DNA of 64,000 nucleotides from the human T2T-CHM13v2.0 reference genome, Homo sapiens. Each line of letters begins with the position of its first letter. The stretch's first letter is position 1. The notes beneath the pieces were generated by a model. It saw nothing but the letters and a program-made list of their open reading frames with translations, was not told the origin of the DNA and searched no databases. Where the stretch lies: the NCBI RefSeq assembly GCF_009914755.1, contig NC_060936.1, one strand, 5' to 3'. The translations under genes were made by a program, and so were the position numbers. Shown one piece after another: positions 1-11,802 of the stretch.

Positions 1-2283
1 GTATTTTGTTCTGAGTGAGACAAGCAGTTCAGCTAACTATTTAGGAGGTGAAGAATGGAAATTTGAAAGACTGCATCTGGCCTTATCATAGGAAAACAGG
101 GCAGACATCCTTGAATCTTATCTAAATCATTTGGGGAAGGGTAATTCTTTGCGGTAAGCCATTTTCTGAAACACAAAGCGTTTCAGAAACTACTCTTCTC
201 CAGGAACGTAGGGATCAGGCAAGATTCAACACTGTCAACTTGGAGCAAGAAGGAAATAGCTGTGAGAAGTGACATGAGAGTCAGATAAGAGACCTGTGGA
301 AGTAAGAATTGAAAGTCACCAAGATGATACCTGAAGCCTCCAGAAATGCACAGAAATCTTGTGCAAGCTTTGTGGAATAAACAGTCATGGCTGGTCCTAT
401 TCCATTATAATAATGAACATGTGTCTGCCTCCATGCGAACACTAGACTGTAAGCTCCTAGAGGACACATAGTTTGCCTTCTCTCTCTGTGTCCATTGCAC
501 CCGACATCAAACAAGTGACAAAAACCAAACCTGTGTTTCTAGTGCCCTGTCCCTTAATACATGTCATTATTATAGGGAAAGCACACAGGTTTTTTTTTAA
601 CCAAAGTAAAGCTGAACTTACTCTGTGGATGCATAAGACAGCCATGGGAAGGAGCACCCGAGACGACAAGCCCAGCACCGGGTAATGCAGGTAGAGGACG
701 GGCGGGCACTGACTGCCTCTACTGTGGGAGAAGCAGGAAGAGCTGAGAACTAACAGGAGTCAGCAGTGGAGAAAAGGAGAGGAATTGCAAAAGCACCTGG
801 TGTGAATAAGCCATGAATAAATTGAGACGTAAAAGTCAGGGACCCAGTTCTAGGACACAATGCATTTATTAACAATGGATAGGCATGGCTTATGTTTTTT
901 AAGCTTGTTGTTAGTAGAACTGCTGAAGACTCACTTATATTATTGCTGGGATTTTAGTCAGTTAATTCTTTCCTTCCAAAGTACTGAGTAAAATAATTTT
1001 TAGTGATATGGTGTCAATCATTAATGAACAACAAGCTAAGTGGTCGACATCCAGGTGTTTGAGGAAACTCCACCGTTGCTTCCATCAACTCAATCAGATT
1101 TACACGGGCTGGTGTCCACCATTAGATATAGCCTGGCCACCTGGTCTTAAACACACATTTACCCACTTGGTGGAGATTTGTTGAAAAGACATGACAAAAA
1201 GAGCTTCACAGCATTAATACCCAGACACAAGAGTGAGTATGTTCTCACAAGGGGACTGTATTATGATTGGGGTATACTTTGCAGTGTTCAGTAAGCTCTA
1301 GTTAGTCTTTTAGAAGATAACACTAATGTGAATTCAAACCTCCTGTTGCCATTATCTAAGTCAAGGCACAGCTGGAAGCCCTCAAAGCCCGGACTAGTCT
1401 TTCTTATTCCATACTGTTTGCAGGAGGAGAGAAGAAGCGCAAAGGGATATTCTAATTTGAGAGGAAAGCCCACAAAGAAAATGTGATAAAGCAGCAAAGG
1501 CTATATATAAGGTACAAAAAAATAAATAAAAGCAAGGGAAGAATTCATGCATTCAGAAAAACCAGGAGCAGAACAGAAGGTAGAGGAAGTACAGGAATAG
1601 AAGGAAGGGGAGAACAAAAATGCCAGAGCCACTTGGGCAATTTCTTTTTCCTGAAGCTTGTTATGGGGACAAAAGAATTCTCCATTACTTAGTTCATAAT
1701 ATGAAGACCTTGGAAAGGGACAAGAAAAGAGACTGGAACTTGCCTGGAGGGAGGGGGCTTATGAAATCTGTTTGAGAAAAGACTAGGCCCACACAAGAGT
1801 GCAGGGAGATCACATGCACCAGGAGGAGGCAGTAGTGGATCCATCTCCCTGCAGACAGTCTGCTCTGGAAGGAAGAGAAAGCCCTGAGGTACCAGCCCAC
1901 ACGTGTTCCAATGGTAGCACTGGGAGAGCAAGTAGAACTCACGGACATGTGGTCATGGTAAATTTTGTTGCCTATATCTAGAAACAGATGGGGACACAGG
2001 AAAAATAAGCAAAGTGGAAATGAAGCAATGGAAATTAAGTAGATTCCAACAAATAGAAATATGTCAAAAACGGGTCAGAGACAAGTGTACCAGCCAGGGA
2101 ACAAACCATTTATTCCGCATATGGTAGCTATATTGCTAACTGGTAGTTTTTAAAGTGTTACTATGGCTTTGGGGAACTAGGAGTCCTGATATTATTCTTA
2201 ATTTCAAAAGATATTTTGTCTTGTGCCTGTGCTTTTGTTGGTGCCTCAGATCTCTGTTGGAAGCTGTAACAGCACAAATATAG

Positions 2284-3182
2284 TGTAAAGCAAAAATAAA
2301 ATTCCAGGGTCTGTTTTCTGTAATGTGATGTTATATCAGAGTCAGGCCTTACCAACGGACTGAATGAAACCTCTTCTTGGCCACGGGGACCCAAAGAAAC
2401 CTGAAAAACTAGTTCAGGCCATGATGGGAATGTGGGGTGGGACATGCCTCATTATACTCTCCTCCCTTTGGAGTTCAAGCACAGCTGACCAGTATTAACG
2501 TACTATAGAGATCCTAAGACTGGCAGAACAGACTGTTCATAGCAATAAGATACTAACTCCAACCTGACTCTGATGTAACATCACAAGACAGAAAATAGAC
2601 CCTAAAAGGAAATCAAAGTATTTTACTCCAAAATATATTTCTTTGACATACTTTGAAATGGTTCTGCAAAGCTGTCTCTTGTTGGGGAAATTTGCATTCT
2701 GTAGAGAATCCCCTTTCCTTATTAGGTCTCTCTGGGGTCTGACACATTTGATAAGACACACTCACATCTATTCTCTTTGAAGCCAGCTACCTGGAGGCTT
2801 CATCTACATGACAAGACCCATGACTTCCACTATCCTGCCCCTTACCTTAACTAAAACTGACTTCAACTCTTCAGGGAGAGCATAACCCTTTCAATCAACT
2901 TCCAATCAGGAAATCTTTACATCCGTCTATGACCTGGAAGCTCCCACTTCCTGATGTCCCATCTTTCCAGGCTGAACCAATGTACACCTTACATGTATTG
3001 ATTTATGTCTTTGCCTGTAACTTCTATCTCCCTAAAATGTATAAAATCAAGTTGTAACCCAACCACCTTGGTCTCCTGTTCTCAGAACTCCCTGAGGCTG
3101 TGTCATGGGTCATGATCCATAACCTTGGCAAAATAAACTTCTAAATTGATTGATACCTGTTTCAGATACTTTTTACTTTACA
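2284..3182 (+). mobile_element. Solo ERV1 LTR, MER4 group (exact subfamily uncertain)
   Basis: Begins TGTAAAGCAAAAATAAAATTCC and ends ...AACCTTGGCAAAATAAACTTCTAAATTGATTGATACCTGTTTCAGATACTTTTTACTTTACA (TG...CA termini, internal AATAAA). Both ends resemble recalled MER4-family LTR termini. Flanks ATAG/GTAG may be a decayed 4-bp TSD. Confidence 0.75.
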
Positions 3183-3439
3183 GTAGAAAACTTGAGCATT
3201 TTCAATCACAATGGTCAGTTATAAATTGCTCAAAAGTAAATATTTGAGAAGTTTTTTTTTTCTTTTCTTACAAATATACTTTTAGATTAAGTAAATGGAA
3301 TATGTGATTTGTGTTTGGAACTTATTTAAAATACTTCATGATATCAACCTCATAAAATAAATGATGTGTTTTAAGAAGAACTATGTCAGAACACTACTTA
3401 TAATTCTCTGTTAGAAATACTATCACTAGTATTATTCAA

Positions 3440-3897
3440 TTTCACTCATGTCCCTGTGAAGAGACCACCAAACAGGCTTTGTGTGAGCAATAAAGCTTTT
3501 TAATCACCTGGGGGCAGGCAGGCTGAATCTGAAAAGAGAGTCAGCAAAGGGAGATAGGGGTGGGGCCATTTTATAAGATTTGGGTAGGTAAAGGGAAGTT
3601 ACAGTCAAAGGGGGGTTGTTCTCTGGTGGGCAGGAGTGGGGGTCACAAGGTGCTCAGTGGGGGAGATTTTTGAGCCAGGATGAGCCAGGAGAAGGAATTT
3701 CACAAGGTAATGTCATCAGTTAAGGCAAGGACCGGCCATTTTCACTTCTTTTGTGGTGGAATGTTATCAGTTAAGGCAGGAACAGGCCATTTAAATATCA
3801 CTTCTTTTGTGATTCTTCAGTTACTTCAGGCCCTCTGGATGTATACGTGCAGGTCACAGGGGATGCGATGGCTTAGCTTGGGCTCAGAGGCCTGACA
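3440..3897 (-). mobile_element. HERV-H 3' LTR (LTR7)
   Basis: Minus strand TGTCAGGCCTCTGAGCCCAAGC...CATGAGTGAAA, preceded by polypurine tract AAGAAGGCAGGAA (3898-3910). Confidence 0.95.
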
Positions 3898-4499
3898 TTC
3901 CTGCCTTCTTATATTAATAAGAAAAATAACATAAAATAGTATTGAAATGTTGGGGCAGTGAAAAAAACTTTTTGGGGGGTGGCATGGAGAGATAATGGGC
4001 GATGTTTCTCAGGGCTGCTTTGAGCGGGATTAGGGGCAGCGTGGGAACCTAGAGTGGGAGAGATTAAGCTGAAGGAAGATTTTGTGGTAAGGGGTGATAT
4101 TGTGGGGTTGTTAGAAGAAACATTTGTCGTGTAGAATTATTGGTGATGGCCTGGATATGGTTTTGTATGAACTGAAAAACTAAACAGAATAAGAGAAGGA
4201 GAAAAACAGGTATTAAAGGACTAAGAATTGGGAGGACCCAGGACATCTAATTAGAGAGTGCCTAAGGAGGTTCAGCATAGCCTTGCCAGCAAAGATTATT
4301 TATTTACTTTAAGAGGAAATTTATTTATTTACTTTAAGAATGGTGGTTTGGGGATAGCACCAGGAGATATCAGCTGTGATGGCTTGGAGAAACAGTGTAA
4401 ACTGGCAGTGTAAATAAGAGCAGGGCATTTATGAGTAGTTGAGAACGGTGGATAGGAGTATGACTAGACAGAAGATAGTAGGGATGACAAGTTTTTTGA

Positions 4500-6860
4500 G
4501 GCGCAGTCGAAGTTGGTCTGGTGTCTGGAATGAGACAGGGGCCTAATAAAAAGGAGCGCCTATACAGGAGCTTAAATGGGCTGTACCCTGTAGCATTCCA
4601 AGGACAGGCCTGAATTCTGAGAAGGGCAGGTGGTAAAAGTATTGTCCAGTCCTTTTTAAGTTGGGGGCTGAGCTTGATGAGGTGTGTTTTTCAAAGACCA
4701 TTAGTTCACTGAATACTAAGACCCTGAGAAACTGCTTGGGTGATTTGACTAATAAAGGCCGGTCTGTTATAGGACTGTATAGAGGTGGGAAGGCCAAACC
4801 GAGGAATTATATCTGACAGAAGGGAAGAAATTACCGTGGTGGCCTTCTTAGACACTGTGGGAAAGGCCTCTACCTATCCAGTGAAAGTGTCTACCCAGAC
4901 CAAGAGGTATTTTAGTTTCCTGACTCGGGGCATGTTGAGTAAAGCCAGTTTGCCAGTCCTAGGCAGGGGCAAATCCCTGAGCTTGATGTGTAGGGAAGGG
5001 AGGACGCCTGAATAATTCCTGAGGAGTAGTAGAATAGCAGATGGAACACTGAGAAGTTATTTCCTTGATAGATTTCCACGATGGAAAGGAAATGAGAGAT
5101 TCTAAGAGGTGGGCTAGTGGCTTGTACTATAGCATAGCCTGCCTTTGCTTGTGTGTGGTGATTAGGCCTGGTGGAACTGCCATCAATAAACCAAGTGTGA
5201 TCAGGGTGAGGAACAGGAAAGAAGGAAATATGGGGAAATGGGTGAATGTCAGGTGGATCAGAGAGATTCAGTCATGGGGGTCAGGTGTGGTATCAGGAAT
5301 AATGTGGAAGGCCAGACTGAAGTCTGGGCCAGAAACAATGGTAATTGTGGGAGACTCAACAAAGAGTATGGCTGAAGGAGCCAGGGAGCAGAAAGTATAT
5401 GTGTCAGGTGTGAGGAAGAAAATAGACTTTGGAAGTTATAAGAACTGTAGAAAGTGAGTTGAGCATAGTTTGTGATTTTAAGGGCCTCTAAAATTATTAG
5501 GGCGGTGGCAGCCACCACACTCAGACTTGAGGGCTAGGCAAAACAGTAAGGTCAAGTTGTTCACATAAAAAGGCTACAGGGCGCGGTCCCAGTTCTTGTG
5601 TAAGAATTCCGACTGCACAGCCCTGCACTTCTGCTGTGGGTAATGAAAAGGGTTGGGATGAGTCAGGGAGAGCTAGAGTGGGGGCAGTCTCTAAAGCTGT
5701 CTTCAAGGAACAGAAAGAGGAGTGGGGAAAGGATTTAGGATCTATGGGGTCAGCTAAGTTCCCTTTTGTGAGTTTATATAATGGTTTTGTTAGAATGGCA
5801 AAACCAGGTATCTAAAGTCAAACCATGCCTAGGAAGAAAAGGAGTTGTTGTTCTGTAGAAGGTGCTGGGGTTTGAGAGATCAGATGGACACGATTGGCAG
5901 GGAGAGCACGTGTGTCTTTATGAGAATTATTCCGAGATAGGTAACAGATGAGGAAGAACTTTGGGCTTGACTGAAGTAATTGGGGCTGTCTGTGAAGCCT
6001 TGTGGCAGTACAGCCCAGGTAATTTGCTGAGCCTAATGGGTGTCAGGGTCAGTCCAAGTGAAAGGGAAGAGAGGCTGGAATGAAGGGTGCAAAGGAATAG
6101 TAAAGAAAGCATGTTTGAGATCCAGAACAGAATAATGGGTTGTGGAGGGAGGTATTGAGGATAGGAGAGTATATGGGTTTGGCACCACGGGGTGGATAGG
6201 TGAAACAATTTGGTTGATAAGGCGCAGATCCTGAACTAACCTGTAAGCCTTGTCTGGTTTTAGAACAGGCAAAATGGGGGAATTGTAAGGGGAGTTTATA
6301 GGCTTTAAACTGCTGTAGCAGGCGAGTGGTAACAGACTTTAATCCTTTTAAAGCGTGCTGTGGGATGGGATATTGGCATTGAGCGGGGTAAGAGTGATTA
6401 GGTTTTAATGGGATGGTAAGGGGTGCATGATCGTTCACTAAGGAGGGAGTAGAGGTGTCCTATACTTGTGGGTTAAGGTGGGGAGATACAAGGGGAGGAT
6501 GTGAAGGAGGCTTTGAACTGGGGGAAAAGGCAGCAATGAGGTGTGGCTGTAGCCCAGGAATAGTCAGGGAAGCAGATAATTTAGTTTAAGTGTCTCAGCC
6601 TAACAAGGGAACTGGGCAGGTGGGGATAACTAAAAAGGAGTGCTTAAAAGAGTATTGTCTAAGTTGGCACCAGGGTTGGGGAGTTTTAAGAGGTTTAGAA
6701 GCCTGGCCGTCAATACCCACAACAGTTATGGAGGCAAGGGAAACAGGCCCTTGAAAAGAAGGTAATGTGGAGTGGGTAGCCTCCGTATTGATTAAGAAGG
6801 GGACAGACTTACCCTCCACTGTGAGTTACCCAGAGCATTTGTGTTGGTCTTGTAGGCTTC
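4500..6860 (-). pseudogene. HERV-H pro/pol remnants (frameshifted, internally deleted)
   Basis: ORF fragments: 6595-6819 protease-like (VPFLINTEATHSTLP; catalytic DTG reads NTE), 6033-6272 RT motifs ([28 protein letters not shown]), 5521-5706 RT connection (LALPDSSQPFSL). Many stops and frameshifts. Confidence 0.85.
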
Positions 6861-6959
6861 CGAGGCAATCGAGTAGTGTCGGTCTTCAGCTGCTAAGCCG
6901 AGAAGATCTGGGAAGGAGTCAGTCAGACAGCCTTGGGCCAGAGTTCCAGGGGCTCTGAA

Positions 6960-8050
6960 AGTGGCTGCCAGGTCAGTTGAACAGTCCGATTTTCAGTGGG
7001 GTCCTGCACAGATGGGACACGGCTTAGAAGGAATCCTGGTCTGTGGGCATTCCTTGGCCCAGTGGCCAGATTTCCGGCACTTGTAGCAAGCTCCTGGGGG
7101 AGGAGGTTCTGGAGGAACCCCGGCAGCTGTGGTTCAGGCGTTTGGAGTTCTTGTGTGCTGGAGATATGGCTGGGGTTTGTCTCACGGTGGAGGCAAGGAA
7201 TTGCAACTCAGAAATACATTGCTACTTGGCTGCCTCTACTTTATTAATTGTACACCTTGAAGGTGAGGTTAATTAAGTCTTGTTGTGGGGTTTGAGGGCT
7301 GGAATTTAATTTTTGGAGTTTTATTTAATGTCCGGAGCGGATTGGGTAATAAAATGTATATTGAGAATAAGACGGCCTTTTGACCTTTTAGGGTCTAGGG
7401 CTGTAAAGCGTCTCAGGGTTGCTGCCAAATGAGCCATGAACTGGGCTGGGTTTTTTATTTGATGAAAAAGAGCCTAAACGCTATATGATTTGGGATAAAG
7501 AAAAAGGAGCATTAACCTTGACTATGCCTTTAGCTCCAGCCACCTTTTTAAGAGGAAATTGCTGGGCAGGTGGGGGAGGGCTAGTTGTGGAAGGAAACTG
7601 TAAGCCGGACCGGGTGTGAGTAGGGGAGGTGATAAAAGGATTATAGGTTGGGGAGTGGAGGCTGAGGAAGAATTGGGACCTAGCTCGGCCTGGCGAGGAG
7701 CAGCCTGGGGAGGAGGGGAGAGGTCAGATGGGTCTGTAGAAAAGGAAGATTGGAAAGAGGAAAGTCTCAGCGACGCTTGGGGTTGGGACTGAGGGGACAG
7801 GCGGGAGGGAAAGAAGGAAGATTTGGGACAAGTTGCACTGTGAGCAGAGACTAGGGAGGGACCAAAGTGTAAAAGAATGCCTGGACGTCAGGCACCTCAG
7901 ACTGTTAGCCCATTTTACGACAAGAGTTATTTAGATCTTGTAGGATGGAAAAATCAAAAGTGCCATTTTCTGGCTATTTGGAACAACTGTCAAGTTTGTG
8001 TTGGGGCCAAGCAGCATTGCAGAAGAAAATAAGGCATTTAGGTTTTAGGT
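6960..8050 (-). pseudogene. HERV-H gag remnant
   Basis: Minus strand near 6985-7090 encodes [14 protein letters not shown] and a second, stop-containing [12 protein letters not shown] zinc knuckle. ORF 7974-8261 ends in LIFFCNAAWPQ, a gammaretroviral matrix-like motif. Boundaries approximate. Confidence 0.75.
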
Positions 8051-8710
8051 CAGGTGTGAGTTGAAGAGGTATTAAGTCTTTGAGAACATAGGCTAAGGGA
8101 GAAGGAGGAATGGAAGGTGGAAGGTTGCCTATAGTGCAGGAGGCAAGTCCAGAGAAAAGAGAGGGTAGAGACACAGAGAGAAGGGGTTGGGGGGTTTTTG
8201 CCCTCCAGAAAAGCGGAGAAGTGGTAGAGATCATGGAGAGAAGGGGTTGGGGAGTCCTCATCCCCCAGAAAAGCGGTACTTGCCGCTAAGGGTGAAGGAC
8301 CAGGGCAGGCGTCCCCGCATGGTCAGACACCTCTGAAACGTGGGTGAATAACCAGGCAGGTGTCCCCACATGATTAAACACCAAGGGAAGACTGTCTTCC
8401 TGAGTCCGTGACTGGAGCCAGAGTTTTGGGTTCACAGATAAAACGTGTCTCCTTTGTCTCTACCAGAAAAGGAAAGGGACTGAAATTAAGAGAAGGGAGA
8501 GATTGAAGTGTGGCGCCAAGATTGAAAGGAGAAAGAGGTTGAGGGATAGTAAGAGAGGTTGGAGAAGAGAGTAAAAAAAAGGCCACTTACCCGATTTAAA
8601 ATTGGTGAGATGTTCCTTGGGCTGGTCGGTGTGAGGACCCGAGGTCGTAGGTGGATTTTTCTCATGGAACAAAGAGCAGGAGGATAGGGGATTGATCTCC
8701 CATGGGAGGT

Positions 8711-8732
8711 CCCCCAATCCCAGGGCACCAAA
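8711..8732 (-). promoter_or_regulatory. Degenerate tRNA-His primer binding site
   Basis: Minus strand TTTGGTGCCCTGGGATTGGGGG directly follows the 5' LTR; the canonical HERV-H PBS is TGGTGCCGTGACTCGGAT. Confidence 0.8.
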
Positions 8733-9183
8733 TTTCACTCATGTCCATGTGAAGAGGCCACCAAACAGGCTTTGTGTGAGCAATAAAGCTTTTTAATGAC
8801 CTGGGTGCAGGCGGGCTGAGTCTGAAAAGAGAGTCAGCAAAGGGAGATGGGGTGGGACAATTTTATAAGATTTGGGTGGGTAAAGGAAAATTACAATCAA
8901 AGGGGGGTTCTCTGGGCAGGAGTGGGGTTCACAAGGTACTCAGTGGGGGAGCTTTTTGAGCCAGGATGAGCCAGGAGAAGGAATTTCACAAGGTAATGTC
9001 ATCAGTTAAGGCAAGGACCGGCCATTTTCACTTCTTTTGTGGTGGAATGTCATCAGTTAAGGCAGGAACAGGCCATTTAAATATCACTTCTTTTGTGATT
9101 TTTCAGTTACTTCAGGCCATCTGGATGTATACATGCAGGTCACAGGGGATGTGATGGCTTAGCTTGGGCTTAGAGGCCTGACA
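8733..9183 (-). mobile_element. HERV-H 5' LTR (LTR7), candidate promoter/enhancer
   Basis: Direct repeat of 3440-3897 (about 21 substitutions and 3 indels counted by eye); followed by the PBS. Confidence 0.95.
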
Positions 9184-9189
9184 TTCAAT

Positions 9190-9390
9190 ACTATATATGA
9201 TTAATTTTAAGATGCACAATTTTTTTAGATTTGTAACATCTTTGGAATCAAGATGCATCTTGCAATCAATGTGACAAGAAATTATCATATTTTAGTTAAA
9301 TTAGTGACTTTTTTTACTTTTTAAATGTCCGTGGATTAATAGTATGCTGTATAGAGGATGGCTGGAGTCTTAGGGTTAATGAAGATGTGT
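9190..9390. mobile_element. Old Tc2/mariner-type non-autonomous DNA transposon (MER104/Kanga-like)
   Basis: TTTTAAGATGCACAATTTTTT...AACATCTTTGGAATCAAGATGCATCTTGCAATCAATG resembles a recalled MER104-like consensus. Confidence 0.45.
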
Positions 9391-9664
9391 GTGTTGCTAC
9401 TTCTTCCTGAATGTGCCTTTCAGTCAAATCTTTACCTGTGAATTACAGATTTTGCCTGTGAATAAGGAAAGGGCACCCTCATTTAATAAGCCACATAATT
9501 CTCCTCCAACATCTCATGTTCCATAAGCTTCATGCATACCACGGTTTTGCTCATTTCCTTGCTCACCTGGATTCCTTCTTCAACCTCCTTGTTCATCTCT
9601 CTTCAGTGAAACCAAAGATAGGGCCATATAATTCTGCAGCTTAAAAAACAATCATGCCCTAATA

Positions 9665-9865
9665 GTAGACTAGGGCTGGGGGTTGAGAGAAGTGAAGATT
9701 GGTTGCTAGTGGGTGCAGATGTCTTTCAGGTATGATAAAAATGCTACAAAATTGACTGTGGAGATGATAGCACAACTCTGTGAATATGATAAAAACTATT
9801 TAATGAAAACTTTAAATGGGTGAATTTCATGGTATGTGAATTATATCTCAATAAAGCTGTTATAC
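9665..9865 (+). mobile_element. Ancient L1M (L1MB-like) 3' end fragment
   Basis: GATAGCACAACTCTGTGAATATG...CTTTAAATGGGTGAATTTCATGGTATGTGAATTATATCTCAATAAAGCTGTT is the typical L1MB terminus. Confidence 0.75.
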
Positions 9866-9984
9866 ATTTAGTCTTAAAAAGTTATTATTTCCTATCTCTT
9901 AATATTTTCTGGATAAAATACAGATTTTTTTATGATGTTCTTCTAAGAGAAGGAAATTAAAGTACTGGTTAAGAGCTCAGTGAC

Positions 9985-10151
9985 TGGGGGTGGGGGAAGC
10001 AAGATGGCCAAATAAAAGCCTCCACTGATCATCCTCCCCACAGGAACACCAAATTTAACAACTGTCTACACAAAAAGCAATTTCAGAAGAACCAAAAGTC
10101 AGGTGAGCAATAACGGTACCTGGTTTTAACTTGATATCACCAAAAGAGGCA
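9985..10151 (+). mobile_element. Isolated 5' end fragment of an older L1 (L1PB/L1MA-type 5' UTR)
   Basis: GGGGGAAGCAAGATGGCCAAATAAAAGCC start, containing the CAAGATGGCC YY1 motif typical of L1 5' ends. Confidence 0.55.
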
Positions 10152-10684
10152 TGAACTCATGTCCTTTGATTCTACAGTTGTATAGTTTCTAAAAACAATT
10201 TCCCAAGTATCTTTTCAGTCAGGTTCTAACGTGTGTTCCCAGCCTGGTCTCCTGACAGCTTCTTCCATATTATATGTACGAGGAGTCCACATCTCTGAAA
10301 CTGCCATACATTTTCAGAAGCCCATGAGTCTGTTCACTTTGTTTCCACTTAGGGAAACACCGTGCCTGCATTCTCTATGTGACAAACTCAGATGTACCCA
10401 TTAGGGCCCAACTCAAGTTTCACTTCTAGGAAATACTTCTTTGACATTTCTAACCATAATTAATAAACTCCTTCCTTTTGCTCCCATTTCCTACAACATG
10501 ACTAAAATGATACTTAACAAATATCCAGAATTACAACTCAAATGCTTTCTTTCTGTGGAGAGATACTTATGTAAATATACAAAACAGCCAGGTGTAACAG
10601 CTGGGAGTGGTAGTAATGTTGCCTACTGGAGTAGGCGGGCCCAGCCTAAAGGCATTCTAAATTGGATTAAAAACAAAACAATGT

Positions 10685-11079
<395 letters not shown>

Positions 11080-11684
11080 TCACATCCTCAGTTCCATGAC
11101 TTCCCTCTTTTTGTTAGACTAAGAACTTTTGTGAGTAGACAGTCTTTTATCTTCAATGCTTTACCCAACATCTGAAAAGCAGCCATTATTGAATGAATGA
11201 ATGAATAATTAAAGCAATATGCCCTTCTTTTTATCAGAATCAAAACAATCTTGAAATTTGCTTCTAATTGAACCAGCCAAGAATCCTATGATTGAAGCAA
11301 AACAAGGTGGTGTAGTAGCTCAAAAGACAAACTCTTTTTGGGTGGATGCTTTCAGAGAGTTGCATAGCCCACCACTGACACTATGTGCTTTCATTCAGCC
11401 CACAGATATGTCAGTCATGCTTTAGTGAAAGAGACAGATGTGAAATAGTCAACATGAAAACTATTATCACAAATACCAATTTAATCTGGAAAAATATGGT
11501 GATTTTCTAAAAAGACTTACTAGAGTTCTCCAAAGTACCTGGTAAGGTACCTGAACCAGATAGGAAGAGCTCTCTGTCCTTCCTTCTATAGTCTGAGAAG
11601 TTCTGAGTTTATCTGTTTTACTTGTTCATGATGAAAAGAAAGGAGAAGAAAAGGAAAAGGAAAAAGTAGAAAAAGGAAAGTGAA

Positions 11685-11802
11685 ATCTTCAAGCCAAGGA
11701 GAGACCTTAGAAGAAATCAACCTGCTGGCACCTTAATCTTGGACATCCAGCCTCCAGAACTGTAAAAAAAAAAAAATATAGCAGCCTAAACTGACTAATA
11801 CA
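11685..11802 (+). mobile_element. MLT1 (MaLR LTR) fragment
   Basis: AAGCCAAGGAGAGACCTTAGAAGAAATCAACCTGCTGGCACCTTAATCTTGGACATCCAGCCTCCAGAACTGT...AGCAGCCTAAACTGACTAATACA. Confidence 0.7.

Larger units (their letters stand above)
3440..9183 (-). mobile_element. HERV-H provirus (LTR7-internal-LTR7), common internally deleted ~5.7 kb form
   Basis: Two ~450-bp direct repeats starting TGTCAGGCCTCT on the minus strand, perfect 5-bp TSD TTCAA (3435-3439 and 9184-9188), tRNA-His-like PBS, polypurine tract next to the 3' LTR, and gag zinc-knuckle, protease and RT remnants. Confidence 0.96.

Noticed and set aside
281-2445. Short ORFs in the first 2.5 kb
   Set aside because: No recognisable domain, overlapping on both strands, many with non-ATG starts; expected by chance.
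3680-9154. Two near-identical ORFs MSQEKEFHKVMSSVKART...
   Set aside because: They are antisense readings of the two LTR7 copies, not duplicated genes.
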